A stretch of 64,000 nt of DNA from an uncultured virus (IMG/VR IMGVR_UViG_3300023174_000147) (Duplodnaviria; Heunggongvirae; Uroviricota; Caudoviricetes). Below, piece by piece: positions 1-9,908 of the stretch (position 1 is the stretch's first letter; every line of letters starts with the position of its first letter). The position numbers and the translations under genes were made by a program. The stretch is taken from the IMG/VR virus record IMGVR_UViG_3300023174_000147; one strand, written 5' to 3'. Under the pieces are notes generated by a model that saw only the letters and a program-made list of their open reading frames with translations, ran no database searches and was not told the origin of the DNA.

Positions 1-654
1 CTTTAATTCTTTCTTTAAATACAATGTTATCCAAGTTGCGTCCACAATATCATCAATCGGTTTGTTAACTACCTTAGCTGGTGTTATCCACTCAGTTTTG
101 TTAGTTTCTAATATATTAGCAAAGTTTGCTAAGTTTGTTTCATTCTCTTTGTAAATACATAGAGAATTATATAGTTCGTCTTTTTTAGCATTACCCTTTA
201 AGGCGAACTTTTTAATAGAGGTAGGGGAGAAAACGTGAAACTTGTCTGCTCCGACCCTATCTATTATTTTTTTTCTTAGTAGGGCAGTAGCCATAGAGAT
301 GTCTATTAGTGCATTACCATTAGACGAGAAGCTTAATCCCTCCATAGCAACATGAAATTCGGAATCACCCATAATTTCTTCTATAGCGTTCCATAACGAA
401 TCCACAATCTCTAAGAAATAAACTATTTTGATTCTTTCTCTTCCTGTGTAATCTTTGGGCAATTCCTTCTTATCTAAAAAGATAAATCTAAAATCATTCT
501 CAGTATCTAATATCGAGAATGGCTTCTTTGTGTTCTTTCTAAGAGATTCTGGGGTTCTATCGGATCTTGTTAAAGATCCCCAAGTGTATTTACCGTCCTT
601 ATAACAACAGAATGCTGGGGAGTTTATAGAAAAATCTATTCCTACTATATTCAT
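1..654 (-). CDS. RuvC-like Holliday junction resolvase (3' end runs off window; not in ORF track)
   Basis: Manual translation from ATG at 654: MNIVGIDFSINSPAFC...HVAMEGLSFSS...FSPTSIKKFALKGNAKKDELY...KPIDDIVDATWI; GID, E, KK-GNAKK and DxxDA motifs of RuvC/RNase H fold. Confidence 0.8.
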   Translation of the reverse strand, partial: MNIVGIDFSINSPAFCCYKDGKYTWGSLTRSDRTPESLRKNTKKPFSILDTENDFRFIFLDKKELPKDYTGRERIKIVYFLEIVDSLWNAIEEIMGDSEFHVAMEGLSFSSNGNALIDISMATALLRKKIIDRVGADKFHVFSPTSIKKFALKGNAKKDELYNSLCIYKENETNLANFANILETNKTEWITPAKVVNKPIDDIVDATWITLYLKKELK

Positions 655-671
655 ATAATAAAATTTACGGA

Positions 672-908
672 TTAAACAGCAGGATGAACCATCTGACCAA
701 CAGCTCCTGTGTAACCATAAACTTTAGAAAGCTTTTCGAAACAAGATTTCATTTGAGTATCAGTTAGGCAGTTTACTAAGTCGTTTAGCACTCTTTGATC
801 GTTACCTGCAGCTGAAACTAGAAGATTTTTCATTTGGTCTTTTTCACCACCTAGTGGCTGACCATACTTCATTTCGTTTAATTCTTTTACGTCTGAAAAC
901 TTTTTCAT
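672..908 (-). CDS. small protein with capsid-targeting-like leader (MKKFSDVKELNE)
   Basis: 78-aa ORF, own GATATATA motif ~20 nt upstream. Confidence 0.6.
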   Translation of the reverse strand: MKKFSDVKELNEMKYGQPLGGEKDQMKNLLVSAAGNDQRVLNDLVNCLTDTQMKSCFEKLSKVYGYTGAVGQMVHPAV

Positions 909-927
909 TTTTAGTGTTTAATTTAAT

Positions 928-935
928 TATATATC
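928..935 (-). promoter_or_regulatory. GATATATA putative late promoter
   Basis: Recurring intergenic octamer, upstream of ORF starting at 908. Confidence 0.6.
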
Positions 936-1484
936 TTACTTTGCTTCAAGAACTATATCTATATAGTTACATTTGAAACCTAAGTTAAATGCGCTGTATG
1001 TGGGGTTATTGTTGGTATAATTCAATTCAAGTTCAGAAAATGAAGTGAATAGAACCTCCTGAAAGGTTACCGACATAACTATGTTGCCCTCGTTGTCCAT
1101 TATCCTTAGAGGTAGAGCTTGAATAAATACTTGATCGTTGGCAAAATTTAGGAAATCAAGAACAGTATCCAGCATTATAAAGTAGTTAATAAACCCGTCA
1201 GCCATCTTAAAATTCATATTAAAGTCCTTTGAGAAAAGGTCCTGTATTGGTGTAGCACTCTTGTAAGCTATCTTTTTACCTAAATTTCTAACCTGCTCAA
1301 CAGAATCTATAGCAAGTCCAGGGAACCCCACCGACTGTATTGTACTATTTACATACTGGGCGACATCATCAAAAGGTATTGGTTGTTTCTTAATATAGTC
1401 CTCATACTTCTTTGTTACCCTTTCAGAGAAGAATCCTCTAGGGAAGTTGAAGTAAAAGCTATTTGATTTTGGATTAAGTAACAT
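936..1484 (-). CDS. tail completion/tube terminator protein, T4 gp3-like
   Basis: QSVGFPGL and LRIMDNEGNIVMSVTFQEVLFTSFSELELNY...F.CNYIDI resemble the gp3/gp19 tube-fold pattern. Confidence 0.6.
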   Translation of the reverse strand: MLLNPKSNSFYFNFPRGFFSERVTKKYEDYIKKQPIPFDDVAQYVNSTIQSVGFPGLAIDSVEQVRNLGKKIAYKSATPIQDLFSKDFNMNFKMADGFINYFIMLDTVLDFLNFANDQVFIQALPLRIMDNEGNIVMSVTFQEVLFTSFSELELNYTNNNPTYSAFNLGFKCNYIDIVLEAK

Positions 1485-1486
1485 GC

Positions 1487-3715
1487 TTATTTAATATTTG
1501 ATAATATAAAAGGTTCTAAAATTCCATTTGCTGCAGTTTTAAATTGTGCCTTAGTTAATTTAGGATACTGGATATATCCGGGTTTTCCGGGGGTGAGGAA
1601 GTAATTAACTATAGCTTGATCCTCCCATCCAGTAGCTAAGTAACCCTGTATCTGTGCTGATAATGCAGATATTAAAGCAGTTCCTGTCAACTGCTGACCT
1701 GAATTTGTTGTTGTTGTGCTTCCTGAATATGTCCCGGTGTTTCCGCTAGATGCAGGCTCTATAGTCTGGAATATTGGTTTAGGTGCTTGCTGTTTAACTG
1801 TTTCACTCCCAACAATCATGGCTCCGGAGCTTACCCCCGAAGGGGTAGCAGTAACGGTAACCGTTGGTTCAACAGTAGGTGATACTATCACTTCGCCTTC
1901 TTTTTTCCAATATCCCCAGAATAAAACTGATGTTGATTCATTAGATACTGGAGTTTGCGTCACAATGGGAATCTGGGCAATTGTTTCATTTGAACCTATT
2001 TGAACACTCTGTGTTCCAGCTGCTGTTTGAACAGTCACATTTCCATTAGTTATAAAAAATCTACGATCAGTAAATTTAAGAACCTTAGATGATTGTGATT
2101 CGTCAATCTTAAAAGCAAGCTCGCCCAAAGCTGGCTTTGCTATATTATTATCTTGTAGAGATGGAACGTAATTTTTATTTCCCGCATCGTCAAGAAATGC
2201 AATTTTATAAAGACCGCTATTGCTAAGATCTATCGCAACGGGTATTCCGTTAGGACCTTCTTTAATAAATTTGAATTTATAGTAGTTATCAAAAGGCGAT
2301 ATTGAAACAGTAAGTTTTCCGACGCCCAAAGCAGTAACATCTGACGTCCCGTTATTCTGCGTTAGATTTCCGTTCGTAAAAGATAGATTTGCTGCAGTTG
2401 CAGTTACGTAGTTCTGTTGTATGAAGACATTAGTATACTTAATTATTTCTCTTGGAATAGGCACATTATTAGAACCAACACTAATAGAAGAAGCAGAGTA
2501 AACTCTATTATAGATTTTCTGAACTTGCGGTAGATTCTGAAGCTTTATAGGAGTTATTGTTGTTCCCCATTGAGCAGGATTATTAGAAGCATAAGTTGAT
2601 ATTCTGATGACTCTACTTTGATCGGCACTGTTTATTAAAGACATTGTATACCTTAAAAAGAATGACGAAGAATAAGCAGCATTCTTTACGATAGGTCTAT
2701 AGTAATTAGGTGAATCATAAGCGGTAGTTTGTGTCGACTCGAATCGAGAAGTCTCTATTATAGCAGCACCAATTTGTTCTAATACCTCTATTTGATGGCT
2801 TATATAATAGCTGTTACCTATAGAATTTTGGAATAATACGAAATCCTCTACGAATCCCTCATTATCAGTTGCATAATACTCAAAAAATTGGCCCTTATTT
2901 GATTCTTTTATAGTAGCACCTATATTAGAAAAAGGATCTTCTTGTTCTAAAGAAAGTAGTGCTATTCTTGCAGAATCATATCTACTGTATCCTTCATAAT
3001 CAGTAGTGCTTTGTACCTGCCAAACTGAGATTCTGATCGGTGCATCAGAAACAAATCCATCACCGCTTTGACTTATTAAAGAAGCTAATGTCTGAGGTCT
3101 GAAATAATCAGATGCGGAAAGATATTTATAGTTCATATCTTTAAGATTAGGTATCTTGATTTCAAAATACTTATCATAAATATTTGACCCTATAATTACC
3201 GGATTGGGATTAAGCTCATAGTCCTGTTCGGTACCTTTCTTAAGAAGTATTTGGGAAGCAGTCACGTAATTTAAGTTCTGATCTTGAAATTCTATTTTAA
3301 GAATTATCCCATCTATATTTGAAAGGTTATACCCAGCTCTAATATGGTATTTAACCGAATCATAAATAACCAAAAGATTTGATGGAAATACTATCGGGAG
3401 GTCATCAGTGTTAGTTAACTGATCTGAATAATCATTAAACGGTATTATTAAATTCGAATCTAAAGTAACAAAAGAGTTTGTGCTTATCTGTACCACGCTA
3501 TTGCTAGCTGTGTTATGCGTTAGATCGTAGTCGCCATTAGGATTAAATATCTGTACAGCATCATCCTGATATCCATTAATAAGTTTATCATATCCTATTG
3601 TTGTTGGTCCGCTGTTAACAAAGTGATCCTCTGGCTGCGGTTGATCAGCATACATGTACTCCATTAGGAGATATGGTGTAAGCTGAACGAATTTTGATGT
3701 TGTGCTGTAAGCCAT
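1487..3715 (-). CDS. hypothetical virion structural protein with Thr/Pro/Ser-rich linker near C-terminus
   Basis: 742-aa ORF in structural operon, beta-rich composition. Confidence 0.55.
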   Translation of the reverse strand: MAYSTTSKFVQLTPYLLMEYMYADQPQPEDHFVNSGPTTIGYDKLINGYQDDAVQIFNPNGDYDLTHNTASNSVVQISTNSFVTLDSNLIIPFNDYSDQLTNTDDLPIVFPSNLLVIYDSVKYHIRAGYNLSNIDGIILKIEFQDQNLNYVTASQILLKKGTEQDYELNPNPVIIGSNIYDKYFEIKIPNLKDMNYKYLSASDYFRPQTLASLISQSGDGFVSDAPIRISVWQVQSTTDYEGYSRYDSARIALLSLEQEDPFSNIGATIKESNKGQFFEYYATDNEGFVEDFVLFQNSIGNSYYISHQIEVLEQIGAAIIETSRFESTQTTAYDSPNYYRPIVKNAAYSSSFFLRYTMSLINSADQSRVIRISTYASNNPAQWGTTITPIKLQNLPQVQKIYNRVYSASSISVGSNNVPIPREIIKYTNVFIQQNYVTATAANLSFTNGNLTQNNGTSDVTALGVGKLTVSISPFDNYYKFKFIKEGPNGIPVAIDLSNSGLYKIAFLDDAGNKNYVPSLQDNNIAKPALGELAFKIDESQSSKVLKFTDRRFFITNGNVTVQTAAGTQSVQIGSNETIAQIPIVTQTPVSNESTSVLFWGYWKKEGEVIVSPTVEPTVTVTATPSGVSSGAMIVGSETVKQQAPKPIFQTIEPASSGNTGTYSGSTTTTNSGQQLTGTALISALSAQIQGYLATGWEDQAIVNYFLTPGKPGYIQYPKLTKAQFKTAANGILEPFILSNIK

Positions 3716-3726
3716 TTAATTTTAAA

Positions 3727-4572
3727 TTATTTTCCGAATTGTAAAAATCTTGGTGAATAATGAACGCCAAACCCAATATAGAATCCGGGCAAAGGTCCTG
3801 TAGATACACCAAATATTCCGTAGCCAATCTGAACACCGAGTCCAAACTCCTTTCTAGCTGCTTTTAATGTTTTTCTAGTATCTGGATTATCGGTAATATC
3901 AAAGGAGTTAATGTCATTAAAAGTTAAACCGGGATAAGTTGTTGTTACCCTTGTCATCATTCTTTTTGTTTTATGATCTCTGTATATTCCTGTTGTGATG
4001 TCTATGTTTTGTTCTAGAATCAAAGAAGTAAGACCAGGTAAAATTGTAGATATGTATTTAGTTGAGTCCGATGGATCAACACGAAGACTTATCGTATACG
4101 GAGTTTTCCCTGTTATTTTTAGCTTATTATTTCCTGACATTGTAGGATTATGTAAAAAATTAATAGATTCGTCTCCATTTGAATCCTTTACAATAGTAGA
4201 AGCTATTTTAACGCTATCCCTAATTTCTGTTACTACGTTTATTACAGTATTCGGGGTGTTTCCTCTACCGCTAGATTTTAAACCTAGTTGATGGATTAGC
4301 TCTTTCTGACTTTTAGAAAGATCCGATACTTTTAGCTCATAAGCTGATTTTTCTTGAATCAGATGTTCGTTTTCAGACTTAATAGTTCTTACACTATCTA
4401 AAGATGCTAGATAGTTGTTGTGCTCTCTTTTAGCTTCCGCTTCCATGTGAGCTGTCTCCCCGCATTGCTTTAAAAACAGCAGGATCATAATAACAATAAC
4501 AGCAAGCATTAAAAATCTGCTGCTTAATACCGAAGATACTTTTAAAAGTGTATCCTTATTTAATAGTTTCAT
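3727..4572 (-). CDS. membrane-anchored coiled-coil protein with C-terminal amphipathic beta-hairpin; candidate spanin-like lysis protein
   Basis: N-terminal hydrophobic segment ending LFLKQC, helical segment, C-terminal FGLGVQIGYG...FYIGFGVHYS..F. Confidence 0.45.
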   Translation of the reverse strand: MKLLNKDTLLKVSSVLSSRFLMLAVIVIMILLFLKQCGETAHMEAEAKREHNNYLASLDSVRTIKSENEHLIQEKSAYELKVSDLSKSQKELIHQLGLKSSGRGNTPNTVINVVTEIRDSVKIASTIVKDSNGDESINFLHNPTMSGNNKLKITGKTPYTISLRVDPSDSTKYISTILPGLTSLILEQNIDITTGIYRDHKTKRMMTRVTTTYPGLTFNDINSFDITDNPDTRKTLKAARKEFGLGVQIGYGIFGVSTGPLPGFYIGFGVHYSPRFLQFGK

Positions 4573-4822
4573 ATATAGCTTCTTTTTTTTTCCATTTTAA
4601 ACCCATCGGATCCAACTGACCCTCACCGTATTTTTCTGATAAATTAAGAGAAAAACTTTTTTCTCTGCTCCTGCACTCTTCTAGTTCTTGGATTAATTCA
4701 GATGATCTTATTTCCATCTTCTTTATCGTCTCTTCTACCGTCATTATTTCGCCATGGATTCTAATAAAGTCCTGCGAGATACTTAAAACATCTTCTTTTT
4801 CTTTTTTAGTTAGATTTATCAT
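4556..4822 (-). CDS. small coiled-coil protein (EKYGEGQLD motif), possible fibre chaperone
   Basis: 88-aa ORF directly downstream of fibre genes. Confidence 0.55.
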   Translation of the reverse strand: MINLTKKEKEDVLSISQDFIRIHGEIMTVEETIKKMEIRSSELIQELEECRSREKSFSLNLSEKYGEGQLDPMGLKWKKKEAIYETIK

Positions 4823-4836
4823 TTTTTTATTTATTT

Positions 4837-6573
4837 TTAATTGGCTCCTCCCCCAGTTTTAGCAGTTGCATTAGTTGCAGTTACAATTACAGGTGCAGCA
4901 GAAACTATAGTTCCGATACTATAAATATCTGACAATGATATGTATCCGCTAGTGCCATCACAAGTTTTCCAGAATATTCTAGGATTACCATTAGTAGTAC
5001 TAGCTACGCCCAAGTATGTTAGATCAACATAGCAGCTTTGCATAGCATAGGCATTCAATGTAAGTTGTGGTCTAAAACTAACGTAATATTGAATAGTCTT
5101 AACCGTATTTTTTGTGGTGTGATAATTAAACACCAAACCGTTTATCTTATAGCTTTGACCTGCAGAAATATCATTAAGGAATATTCTATATGTATTGTTA
5201 TATCCCTTATTGTATAATCCATCAACGTCATTACTACTATAAGTAGGTATTCTGATATAAACCTCATAATTAGCTGAATAGTTATATGATGTTGGAGTTG
5301 CAAGTATTAGATTACTGTCCCAGTAAGCAAGCGAAGTTAGATCCATCACGTTATAAACGGTGGATGGAGTCGTTGTGCTTAAACCCCAAGGGAATGCGCT
5401 GACTGAAATTGTGGATGATCTAACTTCTTTTACTCTTTTAACAGGATATAGATATGGGCCTCCGGTAGCACCAGCAGGTTGACCCCCGGTAGATCCGAAT
5501 GTAGTCTGGAGATGTTTACCTGAGGATACACTTCCTCTAGGCTTAGCTGATAATATGGGAGCATTTTTATAGTCAAAAAACTCAAAGGCTGAATCTTGAG
5601 CACTAGAAGATAGTATCGATATACCAGCAGTAGAAGTTGTGGTTCCTGTTGGTGTGCTTTTCCCCGCACTGAAAACATACTGTCCCGACGAGTCATTGGT
5701 AATTTGAACCTTTATAGGTATTCTAGAGATTAAACTCGCAGAAGACAAAGTTAAATTCGAAGAAGATATAGAAATATCGCTACCTACACCAACTGTTGTG
5801 TTTGAGTACAGATAGAAATCACCGGTTCCGCCTAGATTAAAATCATTAACTGATGTTATTTTTGCGCTCTGCCCATATAAAAGTGTTCTTGCAGTATAAG
5901 AGTCTATGGTAATTCCTAATAACGATGAGATTTCAAAATTACCAACGGAAGTGTATCTCAATGAAGCTGAATTACCCAAAGTTCTCCAATAGAATGAGGG
6001 TACACCTGTGGAAATTGCACCAGTCTTAGAAAAAGATAATATAGGTCTAGTTATTTGATCCTCAGTAGACACTAATAACTTGCTTCTAGTTGGATTTATA
6101 CCTGACGCTGAAGAATAATCATCGTCTATAACTAAAGATGTATTAGACTCGTTTAAATTCCCGCTTTTTATACCTACTGCATACTTATCAATTACACCTG
6201 CAGGTCCAACTATTCCGTCATATACAGCAAAATAAGAGGAATTAAATAATGAATATCCGCTATATGACCAAGAACCGGTAGTACCTAATACGTTTACCGG
6301 GTAGTCGCTACTATTAGAATCTATCCACAAATCAAAAGGATTGCCTGATGTTGGTGCATCATCAAGTTTTGACCAAAGGGTTCCTCTTAGACCTGTTGGC
6401 CCAGTTAAACCGGGGTTTCCGGCAGGACCATCATATCCATTAGGTCCTTTAGAACCCTGATGTCCATTCGGGCCCACAGCAAAAGAAAGAATCTGATCAA
6501 AATTATAATTAATCTTCCTTTTTATATCCGAAGCTGAATCTCCAGTAAAAATATATTTAGTGTTAAAGTGCAT
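4837..6573 (-). CDS. tail fibre-like protein with short collagen motif (paralogue 3)
   Basis: IFTGDS..KINYNF then (GXY)11-W; Ser/Thr/Gly-rich body. Confidence 0.7.
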   Translation of the reverse strand: MHFNTKYIFTGDSASDIKRKINYNFDQILSFAVGPNGHQGSKGPNGYDGPAGNPGLTGPTGLRGTLWSKLDDAPTSGNPFDLWIDSNSSDYPVNVLGTTGSWSYSGYSLFNSSYFAVYDGIVGPAGVIDKYAVGIKSGNLNESNTSLVIDDDYSSASGINPTRSKLLVSTEDQITRPILSFSKTGAISTGVPSFYWRTLGNSASLRYTSVGNFEISSLLGITIDSYTARTLLYGQSAKITSVNDFNLGGTGDFYLYSNTTVGVGSDISISSSNLTLSSASLISRIPIKVQITNDSSGQYVFSAGKSTPTGTTTSTAGISILSSSAQDSAFEFFDYKNAPILSAKPRGSVSSGKHLQTTFGSTGGQPAGATGGPYLYPVKRVKEVRSSTISVSAFPWGLSTTTPSTVYNVMDLTSLAYWDSNLILATPTSYNYSANYEVYIRIPTYSSNDVDGLYNKGYNNTYRIFLNDISAGQSYKINGLVFNYHTTKNTVKTIQYYVSFRPQLTLNAYAMQSCYVDLTYLGVASTTNGNPRIFWKTCDGTSGYISLSDIYSIGTIVSAAPVIVTATNATAKTGGGAN

Positions 6574-6582
6574 ATCTGTATC

Positions 6583-8295
6583 TTAAAATGCTGTTGAATT
6601 TGTAGTGTACATTACCCCGCATTTACTTCCCGATATATTACCGCCATATGCGCTATAGTAAACTTTAAACCATCTACTGGTTCCTCCTGTAGAACCAGAT
6701 CCTTTTATATTCATAATCGTAAAATCTATATGTGAAACCCCTATAGCAGTGGCTCCAGTTAAATCTATAGCCTGGACAGAACCAGAAGGAGCATAAGGTG
6801 GATCACTAAAGGTATTAGTCGTGTTTAGCCCTAAGAATCTAATGTATTTACTATCGGAATCTGTTCTGACGCTAAAGCTAATTGCTTCGTAATCGTTTAA
6901 CATGTTTAGCCATCCGCCATTGTTATCAGTACCGCTTCCACCCGTTGCTGGTGTCCATAAGCAAACCCCTACTGTATCGGAAGGACCATATGTTCCAGGA
7001 CTGATAACAAAATCCGAACCATTATTTGCATTTATTCTCTGTGACTGTAGTCCAGTAGCTGAATATACTGCACCTGGTATTGCGGTATACCACTGAACAG
7101 TAATAGTCGGACCTCCCAGGTTGGTAGGGGCGGTAATAGTAGCTGTAAGAGACTGCGGCGGTTGTATTGAGTTAATTCTTTTATTATACCAAACTTCACC
7201 ATTAGCTTTAACATCGAAAATAATTTCTGTTGATGTGTAAGCAAGAAATAATCTAGATGCTCTACTTGATATAGTATTTAGTGATCTGTATGAAAGGTTG
7301 CCCGAATTTGCCTTTGTGCTTTCTAGCCAAAGCGGGGGTAGTGATGAATTTAATGTATTAGTAAAACTAAAAGTAAGAGGCATCTCGAATTTATTTCCCC
7401 CCGCAGCTATAGTGTATTTCATGTTTCTATTGGATAGTAGCATACTTCCAGTAGAAGAAAAATTAAATATAATTTTACCCAAAGCTGATATAGTAAGTCC
7501 CTGGCTTCCGCTAAGATTCAGGTTGAATCCAGTAGAATTATATATTGAGTTAGTTCCTCCATTGCTTGTTGTTGATAGATTTAATTGGCCAGAAGGAATA
7601 TCAAAAAATAAAGAATCCCCAATTTTCCAAGAAAGCCCATATTTTAAAGAGGCAGATGTAGATGTAGAAGACCAATAGAATCTAGGTATTTTAGAATTAA
7701 AAGATCCGTTTGACCCGTAATTGCTTTTGCTAAATGTCATCAGATTTTTTCCGGTTGCTCCTCCGTCAATGGCTATAATTACTTTAGAATATTGCGGGTT
7801 TGCACTTGCTGTAGCACCAGCTGAAGAAAGCGAGTTATCGCTAAGTACTAAGGTATAATCGGAGGGATTTATCGAAGTTAAGGTATATCCAGTATAAGAA
7901 GAATTTCCGACCGATGTTTGAATATTAGGATAAAGTCTAAATATATCCTGGGAAAGAATACCAAATCCATATTGGTTCCAACCAGAGGATGTAGAAAATT
8001 GATATATTGGATTGCCTAAGCCTAGTCCGGTATTCAACCAAAAATCATTATTAATATATCCGGTTGATCCTGGATTTGTATCACTTATAGTCCAAATACT
8101 TCCTCTTTCCCCCATATCACCATAAGAACCAATCGGACCAGTTTGCCCAGTATCGCCCTGAGGTCCTTGATCACCTATCTTACCATAAGGGCCTCCACCA
8201 AATGACAATAGATCAGAAAAGTTGGAGTTGACTTTATCAACTAGAACCTTCTGATTGTCTCCTTCTTGTATTCTTAGTAATTTTAAATCCGGCAT
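6583..8295 (-). CDS. tail fibre-like protein with short collagen motif (paralogue 2)
   Basis: IQEGDN..KVNSNF then (GXY)11-W. Confidence 0.7.
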   Translation of the reverse strand: MPDLKLLRIQEGDNQKVLVDKVNSNFSDLLSFGGGPYGKIGDQGPQGDTGQTGPIGSYGDMGERGSIWTISDTNPGSTGYINNDFWLNTGLGLGNPIYQFSTSSGWNQYGFGILSQDIFRLYPNIQTSVGNSSYTGYTLTSINPSDYTLVLSDNSLSSAGATASANPQYSKVIIAIDGGATGKNLMTFSKSNYGSNGSFNSKIPRFYWSSTSTSASLKYGLSWKIGDSLFFDIPSGQLNLSTTSNGGTNSIYNSTGFNLNLSGSQGLTISALGKIIFNFSSTGSMLLSNRNMKYTIAAGGNKFEMPLTFSFTNTLNSSLPPLWLESTKANSGNLSYRSLNTISSRASRLFLAYTSTEIIFDVKANGEVWYNKRINSIQPPQSLTATITAPTNLGGPTITVQWYTAIPGAVYSATGLQSQRINANNGSDFVISPGTYGPSDTVGVCLWTPATGGSGTDNNGGWLNMLNDYEAISFSVRTDSDSKYIRFLGLNTTNTFSDPPYAPSGSVQAIDLTGATAIGVSHIDFTIMNIKGSGSTGGTSRWFKVYYSAYGGNISGSKCGVMYTTNSTAF

Positions 8296-8324
8296 TTTTT
8301 CTACGAAATCTTAATAAGTTATTG

Positions 8325-8332
8325 TATATATC
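8325..8332 (-). promoter_or_regulatory. GATATATA putative late promoter
   Basis: Octamer ~30 nt upstream of ORF starting at 8295. Confidence 0.6.
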
Positions 8333-9905
8333 AATAAGTGAAAGATCCCCCAGAACCTCCGGTGGGCCCACTTGCCGCAGTGCTTGCCGACCAAGGCTGA
8401 TACGCTCTATAGTAAACTGTAGTTAGGCCAGATCCAGCAACTCCCCTAGCAATAGTAAGTTCTATAGTCGGAGATAAGAAAGGAAGTGTTACTTTAGTTA
8501 CACAAGAAGCAGAAGCTCCTGTCCCAACACCGATAAACTTGAAACCTGTTGCTGATGTTCCAGGTGAATCCGAACTGTTATGGACGGTTATGTTTATTGA
8601 CTCCCCCATTTGAAGTCCACCGGATCCTCCCCAACCAAAATCAGGGTCGTTATATAATCCTAGCCCTACGTGTTGTCCTGATACTATAGCGGGATTGATT
8701 ATCATCATATTCCCGTTATCTAAAGGGGATCCTACTGTTGCTGAAGTTCTTGATATGAAATACCAATTTATTGCTGTAGCCCCAGTATAACCAATAGTTC
8801 CAGCATTTGTTGAAGGGTAGGTTATGCTTTCCACCACTTTATTCATTTTAAGCTTGCCCTTAGTGGAAAGCCAGAGTTCTTTTCCTGTAGAGTTTTCTAG
8901 TGAAAGATGGTAAACAGTCTGTGAAAGTCCCGCATACGTATCACCGGTTCTTGTTGATCTAAATCCAGCTGTTCCTGTTGGTGTTATTATAGTATGTGGC
9001 GTATCTGGAGCTACAATAGTTGTTGAACTGATTGGATCTAGAAATCCCCCTGTTGTTCCAGATATGTTTAAATATTGACTAGTAATGTTCAATTGATCTG
9101 GAGTATTTATATTATACCCTCCGGTTGAGTATATTCCAGAACTTGAATCTGTTCCATAGGATATGTCCGTACCCTTTTGCGAAATCATATTCATAGAAGA
9201 AAATCCTCCTTCAAATCCACCAGAAGCTCCTATTGTCAGTGATCCACCAGGTATTCTAAGGCCTAAAGAATTTTCTGTTGGTATCGTGGATGGCCAATAG
9301 AAAAAAGGATGTAGTGAATAATCTGCTATAGTGCCGTCTGCTATATCGCTTCTAGAAAATTCTAAAAGAGGTGAATCATTTACACTACTATCATTAGATA
9401 TCGAAAATTTAGAAAGGAGTTCGTCGATAACACCGCTTTCTGGTGTAACGTCGCTAAGGACAAATAAATAATTTTTAGGCAATATCTGGGACATCTGTAT
9501 AGCAACACCGGTGCCTCCTGCATAGGTAGCTCCCGCTGGATAGGTGAAGCTATCTGTTCTAAATAGATCTGATCCTGTTCTTAGATTATATCCTGTAGAA
9601 TTCCATCCTGTCAGTTCTAATGTGTATATGTCACTAGTAGATGAATTTATCCAATAATCTCCTTCTTGTGCATAACCAGCTGGTGTTAGCGAAGAAACAA
9701 ACCATCTTGTTCCCCTTGCTCCGGATAATCCAGTATGGCCAAATGTGCCAACATCACCAATAGCTCCTCTGTCCCCTGTTGGGCCTAAAGTACCCTGGCT
9801 TCCTCCATGAAGTTCTACTATTTCATCGAAGTTGTTATTCAACTTGTTTACTAGCTGACCCTGGTTGTCACCGTAATTTAAGGCCTGTATATTAGTATTT
9901 GGCAT
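8331..9905 (-). CDS. tail fibre-like protein with short collagen motif (paralogue 1)
   Basis: LNYGDN..KLNNNF then (GXY)11-W. Confidence 0.7.
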   Translation of the reverse strand: MPNTNIQALNYGDNQGQLVNKLNNNFDEIVELHGGSQGTLGPTGDRGAIGDVGTFGHTGLSGARGTRWFVSSLTPAGYAQEGDYWINSSTSDIYTLELTGWNSTGYNLRTGSDLFRTDSFTYPAGATYAGGTGVAIQMSQILPKNYLFVLSDVTPESGVIDELLSKFSISNDSSVNDSPLLEFSRSDIADGTIADYSLHPFFYWPSTIPTENSLGLRIPGGSLTIGASGGFEGGFSSMNMISQKGTDISYGTDSSSGIYSTGGYNINTPDQLNITSQYLNISGTTGGFLDPISSTTIVAPDTPHTIITPTGTAGFRSTRTGDTYAGLSQTVYHLSLENSTGKELWLSTKGKLKMNKVVESITYPSTNAGTIGYTGATAINWYFISRTSATVGSPLDNGNMMIINPAIVSGQHVGLGLYNDPDFGWGGSGGLQMGESINITVHNSSDSPGTSATGFKFIGVGTGASASCVTKVTLPFLSPTIELTIARGVAGSGLTTVYYRAYQPWSASTAASGPTGGSGGSFTY

Positions 9906-9908
9906 TTC

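Noticed and set aside
4837..9905. Diversity-generating retroelement or invertible fibre cassette
   Set aside because: No reverse transcriptase, recombinase or near-identical template/variable repeats seen in the window
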